Shown here: positions 37,830 to 47,586 of the stretch, one piece after another
Layout: every line of letters begins with the position of its first letter
Position numbering within the stretch: the first letter of the stretch is position 1
Source: Promethearchaeia archaeon
Lineage (GTDB): Archaea > Asgardarchaeota > Lokiarchaeia > Sigyniarchaeales > SOKP01
DNA length: 64,000 bases
Assembly (NCBI GenBank): GCA_029856155.1
Contig: JAHQWL010000052.1
Coordinates: forward strand, 96,001 to 160,000
Direction: 5' to 3'
Notes under the pieces: generated by a model
The model's database searches: none
What the model saw: only the letters and a program-made list of their open reading frames with translations
What the model was told of the DNA's origin: nothing
Translations under genes and position numbers: made by a program

Positions 37830-38930
37830 TTATATTCTTGTTCTTCTCCAAAGAAAGATAGCTACTATAATAACTAATCCAATAGAACCAAAAACTATTC
37901 CTAAGATCCAGTAATTAAATTCTACCATCCAAATTTCACTGTAGAGACTAGACAAAGAATCTAATATTCTTAATGTCTCAAATGCATAATAACTAACCAC
38001 AACTGAGGAGCTTTTCTGTTGATATCCTTCAGTGTTCTCTGCAAATCCACCATCTATAAAATTTTGATGTGTTAGTACCCAAGTTTTTATAAGACCTTTA
38101 AATAATTTGGTACTATCAATTATAGAAACTGCTTTTACACAATAATATGTGCTGCTCAACAAGGCAATTTGAGCATAATCATCTGGCAAATATCCTCCAT
38201 AATTATTAAGATCTGCAGAATTTATAACATATAAAGATTGGAGATACCCTATTGTTTTAATAACACTATTTAACGCTTCGATTTCCCCTAATTCCTCTAA
38301 AATAAAAACTGCAAAACAGGTATCTACCATAGTAGAACCAAGACTTTGATTGCTTCCATATCCCCCCTCGCTATTATAACATGAAAGAACCCAATTCTTA
38401 TGTATTGATATATTTTCTAATGGTTTTTCTATTAATGAAAAAAGTTGAATACTGTAATAAGTTGAAGCTAAACTAACTAATTTGGTAGTATTTGAATAAG
38501 AAAATCCACCTGTTATTTGTTCAGTATCATTTAGATATTTATAAATTTTATTTTCTAAATCAAGATTAATTTCATAATCCTCATCTAAGATATTGAGCGA
38601 TTTCATTAAAAAGAATAAATCATATAAATTTTCTTCATAATTATTAAACATTTCCTCAATATTATCTTCTAAAGTGCTTTTAAGTGTTTCAATATTATGT
38701 GGATTTACTGCAAAATAATTTAATATATCCAAAGCATAAGTTGTTGCTTCAAAAGATATGTCATCACTGCTACCAATAGCATTAGTAAAACCCTCACCTT
38801 CAATTTCATTTTGATATATAAAACTAGTTAAATAATACTGCCGTGTTTTTGCTAACGCACTCGGTATTGCATTTATTGCCAAAAATATTACAATTGTACC
38901 TATGATCAAACTCCGATATTTATGCTTCAA
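37830..38930 (-). CDS. Secreted, membrane-anchored prenyltransferase-beta-like repeat protein
   Basis: Signal peptide (…PSALA); repeats WVLSCYNSEGGYG, GGFS, WVLTHQNFIDGGFA; C-terminal TM followed by RRTRI. Confidence 0.75.
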   Translation of the reverse strand: MKHKYRSLIIGTIVIFLAINAIPSALAKTRQYYLTSFIYQNEIEGEGFTNAIGSSDDISFEATTYALDILNYFAVNPHNIETLKSTLEDNIEEMFNNYEENLYDLFFLMKSLNILDEDYEINLDLENKIYKYLNDTEQITGGFSYSNTTKLVSLASTYYSIQLFSLIEKPLENISIHKNWVLSCYNSEGGYGSNQSLGSTMVDTCFAVFILEELGEIEALNSVIKTIGYLQSLYVINSADLNNYGGYLPDDYAQIALLSSTYYCVKAVSIIDSTKLFKGLIKTWVLTHQNFIDGGFAENTEGYQQKSSSVVVSYYAFETLRILDSLSSLYSEIWMVEFNYWILGIVFGSIGLVIIVAIFLWRRTRI

Positions 38931-39083
38931 ATAATAAAACCTATCTGTTAACTAAAAATTTAATTTTAAAAATATATCTTGAAATTAAAAAGTAACTATA
39001 TATTAAAAGAATTCAAGGGAATATTTCAATTTTATATAATTAAGTAAGAAATACAAATAAAAATCCAAATACTTATTTATTAC

Positions 39084-40598
39084 TTAAAGAATCTCGCTAA
39101 TATCTCTATATAATAGATCCCTATTTGTTTGGAATTGTTCATAAGTAATAAATAACTGTTGGAAAGAAGGTAAACTTCCTAAAATAGCAGCACCTGTAAA
39201 AATAGCAAACTGAAGATTATCGGGTACAAAAAAATTAATTATTTTATTAGCAGATTCCATGAATTCAGAAAATTCTTGAGCAGGTGATTTTTTAGAAATT
39301 GCTTCAGGGATTTCAGTTTTTTCTAAATTTTCCATGGATGCTCCACAATAAGGACAGAAAAGTGAAGATATATCAGTTATTTCCCTCAAACAATTAGGAC
39401 ATTTATCTCTTTTTTTATTATTTTGATTTAATGCTCCAATCTTTATTTCAGGTAATACTAATACCCCACCACACGAAGGGCATAATTTTTTTCCATCATT
39501 TAAGTTTACAAAACTACCACAATGCGGGCAAGTATCTTCTTTCTTTTTTGAGATTTCAACAGCTTGTAATTTAATTAATTCACTTTTCATTGCAGAAAGA
39601 GGTGCGACCGGTTTAGGAATCTTACCTAGTTGAGAAAGGAGTGGATCCAATTCTGATTCAAAGCGTTCTTGAAACCCACTATATGAAAGATTTCCTCCGG
39701 AAAATACTATATGAGATAAAAGATCATGCCAATAGTGATTATCTATTGCTCTTAAACTAGCAATAACTGCTTGAGTTATATTCATTATATTTGTATATCC
39801 TAACATAGCGGGATTAAATAAAACTTCTGGAGCTTGATAGAGGATATAAGTTGGGACGTTGATGCTTGATCCATCAGGCATCGGAACACTAAACATTTCT
39901 CCTGTCGTAGAAGGTTTATTAGGATCCAATACAAAATAGCAATTCTTTTCTTTTATCTCTTGAATGATCTCATCCGCTGCACTTGAAGAAATACTAACAC
40001 CTTCTCTCATTAGGAGACTTTTTAAGTTTTGATTAACATCTACACCTGCTAATGGAAGCTTCTGAACAGCATGTTGGACTATCTGTCCATTAACTATTGG
40101 AACTATCCATGTCAATCCATCTCCACTTTCAATTACTAACCCAGTCGTCAATCCAACGCTAAACATAGATAATAATGGCGTTGGCATCATAATTAAACTT
40201 TTAACTTGATGAGTTTCAAAGAAAAGTCTTGCAATATACTCCTTGGTATCTCTTTGCAGAAAAGGAGATTCACAATAAAAAACAGGATAATTCGATAGAT
40301 TCTCTATTCTAAGCAGTGAATAAAAAATGTAATTTAACACTTCATAGAAACTATCCCAATCCATGATCTCCCCCCTTGCTATCGGGTGTTTTATTTTAAG
40401 AACGCCACGCATTCTAGATACATCATTTCCAACATATATACTTCTAGCACTTACATCAACCATCACAGATTTATATTTTTCAGTTCCAGTAATGCAAGGA
40501 AAAACAAATCTTGGTCCAGGTTCTCCTGAAAATCCTATTTTGACATATGCTGAACCAATATCAATTATAATTGGTGTGCCAGGAAAGGGTAGTGCCAT
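39084..40598 (-). CDS. Actin-related protein with a double zinc-ribbon insertion
   Basis: IIIDIGSAYVKIGFSGE, GLVIESGDG, LAGVDV, EIKEKNCY, PDG, APEVLFNP, VFSGGN, GAAILGSL; insertion containing four CPxC motifs. Confidence 0.93.
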   Translation of the reverse strand: MALPFPGTPIIIDIGSAYVKIGFSGEPGPRFVFPCITGTEKYKSVMVDVSARSIYVGNDVSRMRGVLKIKHPIARGEIMDWDSFYEVLNYIFYSLLRIENLSNYPVFYCESPFLQRDTKEYIARLFFETHQVKSLIMMPTPLLSMFSVGLTTGLVIESGDGLTWIVPIVNGQIVQHAVQKLPLAGVDVNQNLKSLLMREGVSISSSAADEIIQEIKEKNCYFVLDPNKPSTTGEMFSVPMPDGSSINVPTYILYQAPEVLFNPAMLGYTNIMNITQAVIASLRAIDNHYWHDLLSHIVFSGGNLSYSGFQERFESELDPLLSQLGKIPKPVAPLSAMKSELIKLQAVEISKKKEDTCPHCGSFVNLNDGKKLCPSCGGVLVLPEIKIGALNQNNKKRDKCPNCLREITDISSLFCPYCGASMENLEKTEIPEAISKKSPAQEFSEFMESANKIINFFVPDNLQFAIFTGAAILGSLPSFQQLFITYEQFQTNRDLLYRDISEIL

Positions 40599-40700
40599 TT
40601 TCTATCAATATTACAATTTTTTTGGTTTTTCTTATTAATAATCTAAAATTAATGATTGTTATAATTTTTTTATAAAATTAATAAATAAGAATTCTTTTAA

Positions 40701-41126
40701 TTATTTTTGAAAAAATTCAAGAAGAGTTTTTAAGATTCCATTTTGTATAACCAATCCTATTAATTCATTATTTTCATTTACAACTGGAAGTCTTTGAATT
40801 TTTTTGAATATCATTTTCTCTAATACATACTGTAATGTATCATCTTCTTTTACAATAAAAGGTTCTGGTGTCATTAAATCCTTCACAATTGTATTTGGTG
40901 AATTTAAACTCATTGCAAATCTAGCCAAACGTATATCTCTTTGTGTAATAATACCAATAAGTTGTTTATTTTTACGATCTTTCACAACAGGAAGTCCACC
41001 AATATTTTTCCTGACCATCAAAAGTTCAGTGGTACTGATTTTTTCTTTTGGAATAGTAAAAAGTGGATCTTTAATCATAATATCGGAGACTTTTATCTTA
41101 CTTAATTGCGTTAATCGGTCTTCCAT
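40701..41126 (-). CDS. CBS-pair protein
   Basis: KVSDIM, GGLPVV..LIGIITQRDI, VKDLMT, QRLPVV. Confidence 0.9.
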   Translation of the reverse strand: MEDRLTQLSKIKVSDIMIKDPLFTIPKEKISTTELLMVRKNIGGLPVVKDRKNKQLIGIITQRDIRLARFAMSLNSPNTIVKDLMTPEPFIVKEDDTLQYVLEKMIFKKIQRLPVVNENNELIGLVIQNGILKTLLEFFQK

Positions 41127-41216
41127 GTAAAACCCAATATTATATAATTATTTGAAAAGACAAAGTTACTAAGTTCCTTAATGAAAGTAATCAATATTGA
41201 AATTAAAATATATTTA

Positions 41217-41594
41217 TTAGCTGATCTTCATTGCTTCTCCAAGCTTTTTTTCAATTTTTGTTATTTCATTTAGATACTTCTGATAAATCTTTAAGATATA
41301 CAGCCCCCAATCAGTTAATTTTACCCATCCTCCACCCTTAGAACCGCCTTTATGACTTTCGACAGGGTTCATACCCGTTCTTTTTTCTATTCTTTTTAAT
41401 ATATTCCATGCATATTTATAGGAATAATTACATTCTTTTGCTGCTTGAGATAATGAGCCTTCTTTATTTTTATCAATATTTTTTAGCAACTCCGCCCATC
41501 CAGAACCTAATATACTTTTATTCTCAAATTTCAACCAAAATTTTATTCCCAGTTTTATTTTAGGTTTTAATTCTTCAATGTTGGGATTCTCCAT
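41217..41594 (-). CDS. ModE-like winged-helix regulator
   Basis: GSLSQAAKECNYSYKYAW...KGG..GG...LT. Confidence 0.85.
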   Translation of the reverse strand: MENPNIEELKPKIKLGIKFWLKFENKSILGSGWAELLKNIDKNKEGSLSQAAKECNYSYKYAWNILKRIEKRTGMNPVESHKGGSKGGGWVKLTDWGLYILKIYQKYLNEITKIEKKLGEAMKIS

Positions 41595-41705
41595 ACAATT
41601 ATAAGTTATTTTTTGAATATTTAATAATTTTATATTTTGGAAAAGAAAAGCATTAAAGTCACGTCTATTTTATCTTTTTAAAAAACTTTAATTGGTAATT
41701 TCATA

Positions 41706-42452
41706 ATGTTTTTTTCTGGTACAGACTCTGAAAAAAAGGGGAAAGAAGTTAGAACAAATCTATACTATTTTGCTGAAAATCAGATGTTGGATTGCAATCA
41801 ATATATTATTAAAGATCCAACCACCGATGAATTAGCATTATTTGATGCGGGGAATAGTATATCTCTTAAAGGATTATTCAAAGGAATGAAAAAATTAAAT
41901 CTTAATCCATCTAATATAACTAAAGTTTTTTTAACTCACGAACATGTAGATCATGTTTTAGGTCTTTATCCCTTAATGAAATTAAGGAAGGAAAACCCTT
42001 TTGAAATTTTTGCCTATGGTGAAACGGCTAAAATCTTGACAGAAGGAGATGAATCTCGAATAATTCCCGGAAACATTGGAATTAGCCCTAATATGTTTGG
42101 AGTCAAAATTATTCCATTAAAAGTAACTGATTTAATTAATACAAAAGAGATTAATATTTCTTCTGAATACAAATTCGAAATCCATTATACACCCGGTCAC
42201 TCCTTAGGATCAATTTCTTATTATGATTCTAACAAAAAGATTTTAATCCCCGGAGATCTAGTTTTTACGGGAGGTAGTTTTGGACGATATGATTTTCCAG
42301 GAGGTTCGCTAAATATATTAATCAATTCAATTAAATATGTAAATGATTTGGATGTAGATTATTTGCTCCCTGGTCATATGGGGATTAGTAGTCAAGGCAA
42401 CCAACAAATCGCACTTTCCTATAAAATGATACAATCTATTAGTTTCTTTTAG
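41706..42452 (+). CDS. Metallo-beta-lactamase-fold hydrolase
   Basis: THEHVDH, TPGHS, GDLVF, PGH. Confidence 0.9.
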   Translation: MFFSGTDSEKKGKEVRTNLYYFAENQMLDCNQYIIKDPTTDELALFDAGNSISLKGLFKGMKKLNLNPSNITKVFLTHEHVDHVLGLYPLMKLRKENPFEIFAYGETAKILTEGDESRIIPGNIGISPNMFGVKIIPLKVTDLINTKEINISSEYKFEIHYTPGHSLGSISYYDSNKKILIPGDLVFTGGSFGRYDFPGGSLNILINSIKYVNDLDVDYLLPGHMGISSQGNQQIALSYKMIQSISFF

Positions 42453-42855
42453 TAAATACTCAAAATATTTAGTAATTGAAAAAATGTAAATTAAATTTCA
42501 TTTATTTGAGTAGAAATTATTTTTAGCCTAAGTATTATAATATCCTTCAAGAAATCTATTATTTTACATTTAAATAATGTTCTTAATATTGATAAAAAAG
42601 CAGATAAAATTGATCTTCTATTGAGTATTTTGCATGTTATAATGGATTAACTAATTCTAAAGGAGAAAACCTCAATTTAAACTAAAAAAAATTTTTTTGT
42701 TTTTCAGTTGAGATAAAGTAAATTAAAGAAAGTAAAGATCCCTACCATTCAATTTTTAAGGTATATTGAAAAGATACTAATATTTAAATAACACATCTAT
42801 CTATTATTTTTATAATCTTCTTTAAATTAAAATAAATAATTAGTGAAAATTTATT

Positions 42856-43515
42856 ATGTCTAAATCAAAATATCAAACAACTGAAATATATTTAAGGACT
42901 TACCCAAAAGTTATCTTTTTTTGGCCTTTACTCATCACAAGCTTGATTTTAATGTTCATTCAAGTATTTATCGCCCCTAGTCCGGTATTAGGATATGTCT
43001 GGTTCATAGTATTCTTTGTAAATATATTTGTAACTGCATTTGATTTCTCTTCAACAAAATTTTTCGTACTAGTATTAGCTATTGTTATTGTCCTCTTAAT
43101 TCTTGTTTTTTTAGTTCTACCGAATGTCACATTCCAGCTTACGAGTATAGAAATCAATCTAGCTTTGCCATGGGAGTTTTATATGGTAATGACATTAATA
43201 TTAGCATTTATCCTCGGGATTATTGTTATTAGTACGAGATTCGAATACTATAAAATTGAAATGAATGAAATTTATCATAAAACGGGTATTTTCAGCTCAG
43301 CCGAACGATTTCCAGTGAAAAGCTTACGATTCAAAAAAGAAATTCCTGATGTCTTTGAGTTCTTCATGTTAAGAGCTGGAAAATTTACGATAATGCCTGG
43401 AAAAGCCGATGAAGTTATGATCCTCCCTACTGTATTGAATGTCAATAAAAAGGAAAAACAACTTGATTGGTTGCTTTCTCACGTTTCGGTTGAACCAGAT
43501 GAATTAGACCAATAG
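42856..43515 (+). CDS. Membrane protein with a C-terminal soluble (bPH-like) domain
   Basis: Four TM helices followed by a beta-rich domain (YYKIEMNEIYHKTGIF). Confidence 0.65.
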   Translation: MSKSKYQTTEIYLRTYPKVIFFWPLLITSLILMFIQVFIAPSPVLGYVWFIVFFVNIFVTAFDFSSTKFFVLVLAIVIVLLILVFLVLPNVTFQLTSIEINLALPWEFYMVMTLILAFILGIIVISTRFEYYKIEMNEIYHKTGIFSSAERFPVKSLRFKKEIPDVFEFFMLRAGKFTIMPGKADEVMILPTVLNVNKKEKQLDWLLSHVSVEPDELDQ

Positions 43516-43619
43516 AATTATAAGAATTTACTCTATTTTTTTTTTTAATATTTTATTCTTTTAATAGTAAAACAAATATGGATAAATTTAAGTTTTAAAT
43601 AGCTTTTTTAAACACACTT

Positions 43620-44345
43620 ATGTCTCACCCACCAATAGTTTTATTTGATTTTGATGGAGTTATTATTACTCAGAAGGCACTTGAATATACAGCATTAATC
43701 CATTTAAGAAATAAATTTTACAAATGGCGAAACACAGAAGATTTAAGACTTATTGATTGTGCTCGACTTTTTGAAGAATCAGATTCAAAGAATAGATTGG
43801 TGGCTTTTAGACGTATAAATAAAGCATATAAACCTTTTATTCCCAGTATCTGGAAGAGAAACTTATTTTTTATAAAATTTAGACGTGGGTATCCCAAATA
43901 TGAGAAATATGAGGTTTTGAAGCCAAATCTTGAGGAAATTTTAATCCAACTTAAAAAGATGAGCATACTCTTAGGAATTGTTTCAAATACTAGTAAAGAG
44001 AGGTTAGATTCTTTTAGAAATAAACTAGGTTTAGATAGATTTTTTTCTGTCTTTATCTCTCGCGATGATACTCCTTTTAGAAAACCTAATCCATATCCAA
44101 TTATCACTGCATTAATGAAAATTAAGAAAAACTTTAATTACTCAATAAATAGAGATAAAGTATATTATATCGGTGATCTTCCCGCAGATATTGAATGTGC
44201 TAAGAATGCAAAAATCAATAGTATTGCTTTGCTTTCTGGTCATGGTACAAGAGAAGGTTTAGAACAAGCTAATCCAACATTTATACTCCAAGACGTAAAG
44301 AATATTATAGAAATTGAACAATTCAAAAAATTCTTATTGGATTAA
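43620..44345 (+). CDS. HAD-family hydrolase
   Basis: FDFDGV, IVSN, KPNP, YIGD...D. Confidence 0.9.
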   Translation: MSHPPIVLFDFDGVIITQKALEYTALIHLRNKFYKWRNTEDLRLIDCARLFEESDSKNRLVAFRRINKAYKPFIPSIWKRNLFFIKFRRGYPKYEKYEVLKPNLEEILIQLKKMSILLGIVSNTSKERLDSFRNKLGLDRFFSVFISRDDTPFRKPNPYPIITALMKIKKNFNYSINRDKVYYIGDLPADIECAKNAKINSIALLSGHGTREGLEQANPTFILQDVKNIIEIEQFKKFLLD

Positions 44346-44364
44346 ACACTTAATTAAATTATCT

Positions 44365-47091
44365 ATGTTTAATCTTAAAGAATTTAACGACAGCTTGATT
44401 CTTGAAAAAGTTGATAAACTTAACAAATATCTAAATAAAAAAAAAACTGATAAAGTTTCAAAATTAATTGATGATTTGCAAAGTCTATTAGATCAAAAAG
44501 AATTTGTTGTACCAATAACATATATCTTAAGTATTTTAGCAGAAAATCGGATAGAGCTTATCACTGAAGGATTATTAAGGAAAACTGAGGTTTTTCTTCA
44601 CTCCGAGAGTGTAAAATTAAGAGTAAACTCATTAATTATTATGGGGTTTTCTCTGATTGCTAAACCAATTTTAATTGAAAATTATTTTCATTTAATTGTC
44701 AAACTTCTAACAGATCAATCGGAGGATGTACGGGATAATGTTCACTATTTCTTGTTGGAATTATTTAAGAAAAATCCAAATTTGGTAATGTCTAGTATAG
44801 ATTTTTTACTCGAAAGCCTTAAGATAGAAAAAAAAAATGCTAATATTGTTTCTTTATTAAACTTTCTTGATTACTGTGAGGATTTATCATTTGATCAATT
44901 ATTCAATTTTAGAAATATCTCAAAATCTCTAATTATATCATTTGATGATAAAAGAACATCTAAAATTTTTATTAAATTAATAGATCTAATGAAAAAATTT
45001 TTCCCAATGCAAGATAAACCCGAATTGGAGTATCAAGAAGCTAAAAAGATCATAAAATCATTGGATAGTTATTTTTTAATGAAAAAACATAATTTTACGG
45101 TATTAAGTAAGAATACAGGGGTATCATTAAAAGAATATTTAAAAATTTTTACCAAATCAAAACAAAAGGACAATAAAATCTATTTCTATGTAAAAACCAA
45201 GGATAACATAATTTTTGTCTATGAATTAGAAAAAGTTAAATTAAAAAGATTTTTCGCAGAAGAATTGAAAATATCTAATGAAAACCTCTACAGAACATTT
45301 TATCATATTATAGAAAATAAGTCAGAATTAAAAATTTTTATAAAAACATTAATTTCTCTAAAGCTCATTGATGGTTACTATTCGAATATTGGCTTTTTTT
45401 ATCCTTATGCATATATAAAATCAAAATTTTTAGAGGATTTACGTATAAATGCTTCTATAAATTTAAGAAGTTTTAAATTCCTTCCACAAGATTTTATTGA
45501 AAAAATTAAGAAAGATATTTCTAATTCTACTAATCAAAAATTTTTAAAGAGTAAAGACCAAGAAACTTATTTCTCATTAAAAAATATTCAAGATCAGATT
45601 AACTCTGAAGCTGGAAAAAGTAGTATTATAGAACTAAAATCATACCGCGAGATATTATTAGAAGAAGATTTCATAAAATTAGTTAAAAATATCCCTAGAG
45701 AATATCTATCAAAATTTCATAAAGGTACACAGTGGTTGACTAATCTGGGTAAACAAAAAATTACTAATGAAGTTCAAAATTCTAGAATTGTAGGTTATTT
45801 TGACATATCCAAAATTTCAGATAAATTAAATATAGGAGAACTTTTACTATTAGATGTTTTTGATCAATTTGTAGATTATAGAAGCGGAATTTGGAATAAA
45901 CAAAAAAACATTTTCTACTATTCAAAATTCCTAAAAGAGAAGATCAAAGAGATTAGTATAATCTCTGATGAAAACAAGAAATTACAGCAAATTGAAAAGA
46001 TCTCTAACGAGCTAAATATTGATAGAAATCATATCTTATCTAAAATAGATGAAAACCTGCAATTAATTGCGGAAGAAATAAAACAAAAAGATCAAATAAA
46101 AATAGATGAATATCTTGAAAAAACTGGGATGGAAGTTGACATATTTTTAAAATTTATTGATGATTTGGGCATTTCCTACTTTAAAAAAGCTGATTTATTA
46201 ATATTTAATATGCAAAAAATAGAAGACGCGAAGAATGATATAAGATACATGTTAATTGATAAAGCAAAACATGAGGATTATATTTTTTTAGGAAAATATG
46301 ATATTACGTCAACTTTAATAGAAGATCTTATTAATGATTTGTTAGTTGATGGAAAAATAAAGGGGATTTTTTATGATAATGACGGAGAAGTTATTTTTTA
46401 TACTGAAAGCGGGATTACTAATCTGGTATTAGAAAATAGTTTTCTTTTTTCTTTTCATGATTTATTTTATGGTAAAGACTTAAATAAATCAGAGATTAAC
46501 TTGATAAGAGATATTTTTGATGATTTAGTTAATAAAAGAAAGCTAATAGGTATTTTTGATGAGGAGACTCTAACCTTTTCAAGTAATGAAGTATTGTTTG
46601 CTAAAGATTATAATACAGTTCTATTTGAATTTGAAAAAATGGTCAATAATTATATTAAGAAGTTTGAAATTGAATTTCAAAAAGTCACGAAGATCCTAAC
46701 AAAGAAGGAAGAGACTATTTATCCACAAGAGATAAGGATTATTCAAGATATAATTGATAAGATTAATGAAAAATATGTCAATTGGAGAAGTAGTCTGGAA
46801 GCATTCATTCGTAAAACTAACAAGAAATTATTAAGAGATCAAGGTGTAAGTGTAAAACAATATAAAAATCTCTTTTCAGGAGAAAAGAAAGAAGAAGTAA
46901 AAGCTTTAGAAGAAGACCCTGAAGTTTATGAACTTTTAAATAACTTTAACACTTGGATAAAAAGAATTAATAAACTAGAATTAAAATATTCAAATATAAT
47001 ATTTTACCAAAAACGGTTAATTAATAATCCAAATGATGAAGAATCTAAAAATAAATTAAACGATTTATTAATAGGTTTAGACTTAATCTAA
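44365..47091 (+). CDS. HEAT-repeat plus tandem winged-helix/PCI-like protein
   Basis: HEAT motifs (LHSESVKLRVNS, LLTDQSEDVRDN); WH/PCI-like ends (LVDGKIKGIF, LVNKRKLIGIFDEE); in-frame ATG at 44365 avoids overlap with the upstream gene. Confidence 0.7.
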   Translation: MFNLKEFNDSLILEKVDKLNKYLNKKKTDKVSKLIDDLQSLLDQKEFVVPITYILSILAENRIELITEGLLRKTEVFLHSESVKLRVNSLIIMGFSLIAKPILIENYFHLIVKLLTDQSEDVRDNVHYFLLELFKKNPNLVMSSIDFLLESLKIEKKNANIVSLLNFLDYCEDLSFDQLFNFRNISKSLIISFDDKRTSKIFIKLIDLMKKFFPMQDKPELEYQEAKKIIKSLDSYFLMKKHNFTVLSKNTGVSLKEYLKIFTKSKQKDNKIYFYVKTKDNIIFVYELEKVKLKRFFAEELKISNENLYRTFYHIIENKSELKIFIKTLISLKLIDGYYSNIGFFYPYAYIKSKFLEDLRINASINLRSFKFLPQDFIEKIKKDISNSTNQKFLKSKDQETYFSLKNIQDQINSEAGKSSIIELKSYREILLEEDFIKLVKNIPREYLSKFHKGTQWLTNLGKQKITNEVQNSRIVGYFDISKISDKLNIGELLLLDVFDQFVDYRSGIWNKQKNIFYYSKFLKEKIKEISIISDENKKLQQIEKISNELNIDRNHILSKIDENLQLIAEEIKQKDQIKIDEYLEKTGMEVDIFLKFIDDLGISYFKKADLLIFNMQKIEDAKNDIRYMLIDKAKHEDYIFLGKYDITSTLIEDLINDLLVDGKIKGIFYDNDGEVIFYTESGITNLVLENSFLFSFHDLFYGKDLNKSEINLIRDIFDDLVNKRKLIGIFDEETLTFSSNEVLFAKDYNTVLFEFEKMVNNYIKKFEIEFQKVTKILTKKEETIYPQEIRIIQDIIDKINEKYVNWRSSLEAFIRKTNKKLLRDQGVSVKQYKNLFSGEKKEEVKALEEDPEVYELLNNFNTWIKRINKLELKYSNIIFYQKRLINNPNDEESKNKLNDLLIGLDLI

Positions 47092-47381
47092 AATTCAGCT
47101 TTTTTATTTTTCCCAATTTGGGAGAGTAATTTGTCAACGTCTATTTTATCATTTGATATAATCTTATAGGTTTTAGGATTGGTTATTCCATTTACAGTTA
47201 AAATTCCTTCTTCTTCAAGACATTTTAGAGCTCTCCAAATGAAATTTATCTTAGAGCGATTTGAGGATTTAACGTTATAACACCTTCTAATTCTCTTAGT
47301 ATTTACGATAGTTACATTATTTTCTATTAGTTTATTTATCGCTTCAAGCGTGTCTTTCAAGTTATCAATAAAAAAATCCAT
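47088..47381 (-). CDS. Small winged-helix-like protein
   Basis: FIWRALKCLEEEGIL...PKTYKI. Confidence 0.6.
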   Translation of the reverse strand: MDFFIDNLKDTLEAINKLIENNVTIVNTKRIRRCYNVKSSNRSKINFIWRALKCLEEEGILTVNGITNPKTYKIISNDKIDVDKLLSQIGKNKKAEF

Positions 47382-47586
47382 TTCTAAAAGAGCTCCATCT
47401 TAGTAAGATATGATTAGATTTAGTCTCCTCATTTAAAAGATTAATTTAAAATGTCAAATTCAAAAATATTGAGTATTATAAAATTATCTTTTGAAATTTA
47501 TAAACCTTTCTTACTACAAATACTTTTTTTCAATAAGATTAATTCTTAAAGATATAAAACCAAATTAATAGATAGTATAAAATTTT

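Noticed and set aside
42454-42630. AAATACTCAA...TTGAGTATTT inverted repeat as a possible MITE
   Set aside because: Only 10 bp, AT-rich, no clear target-site duplication and no second copy in the window
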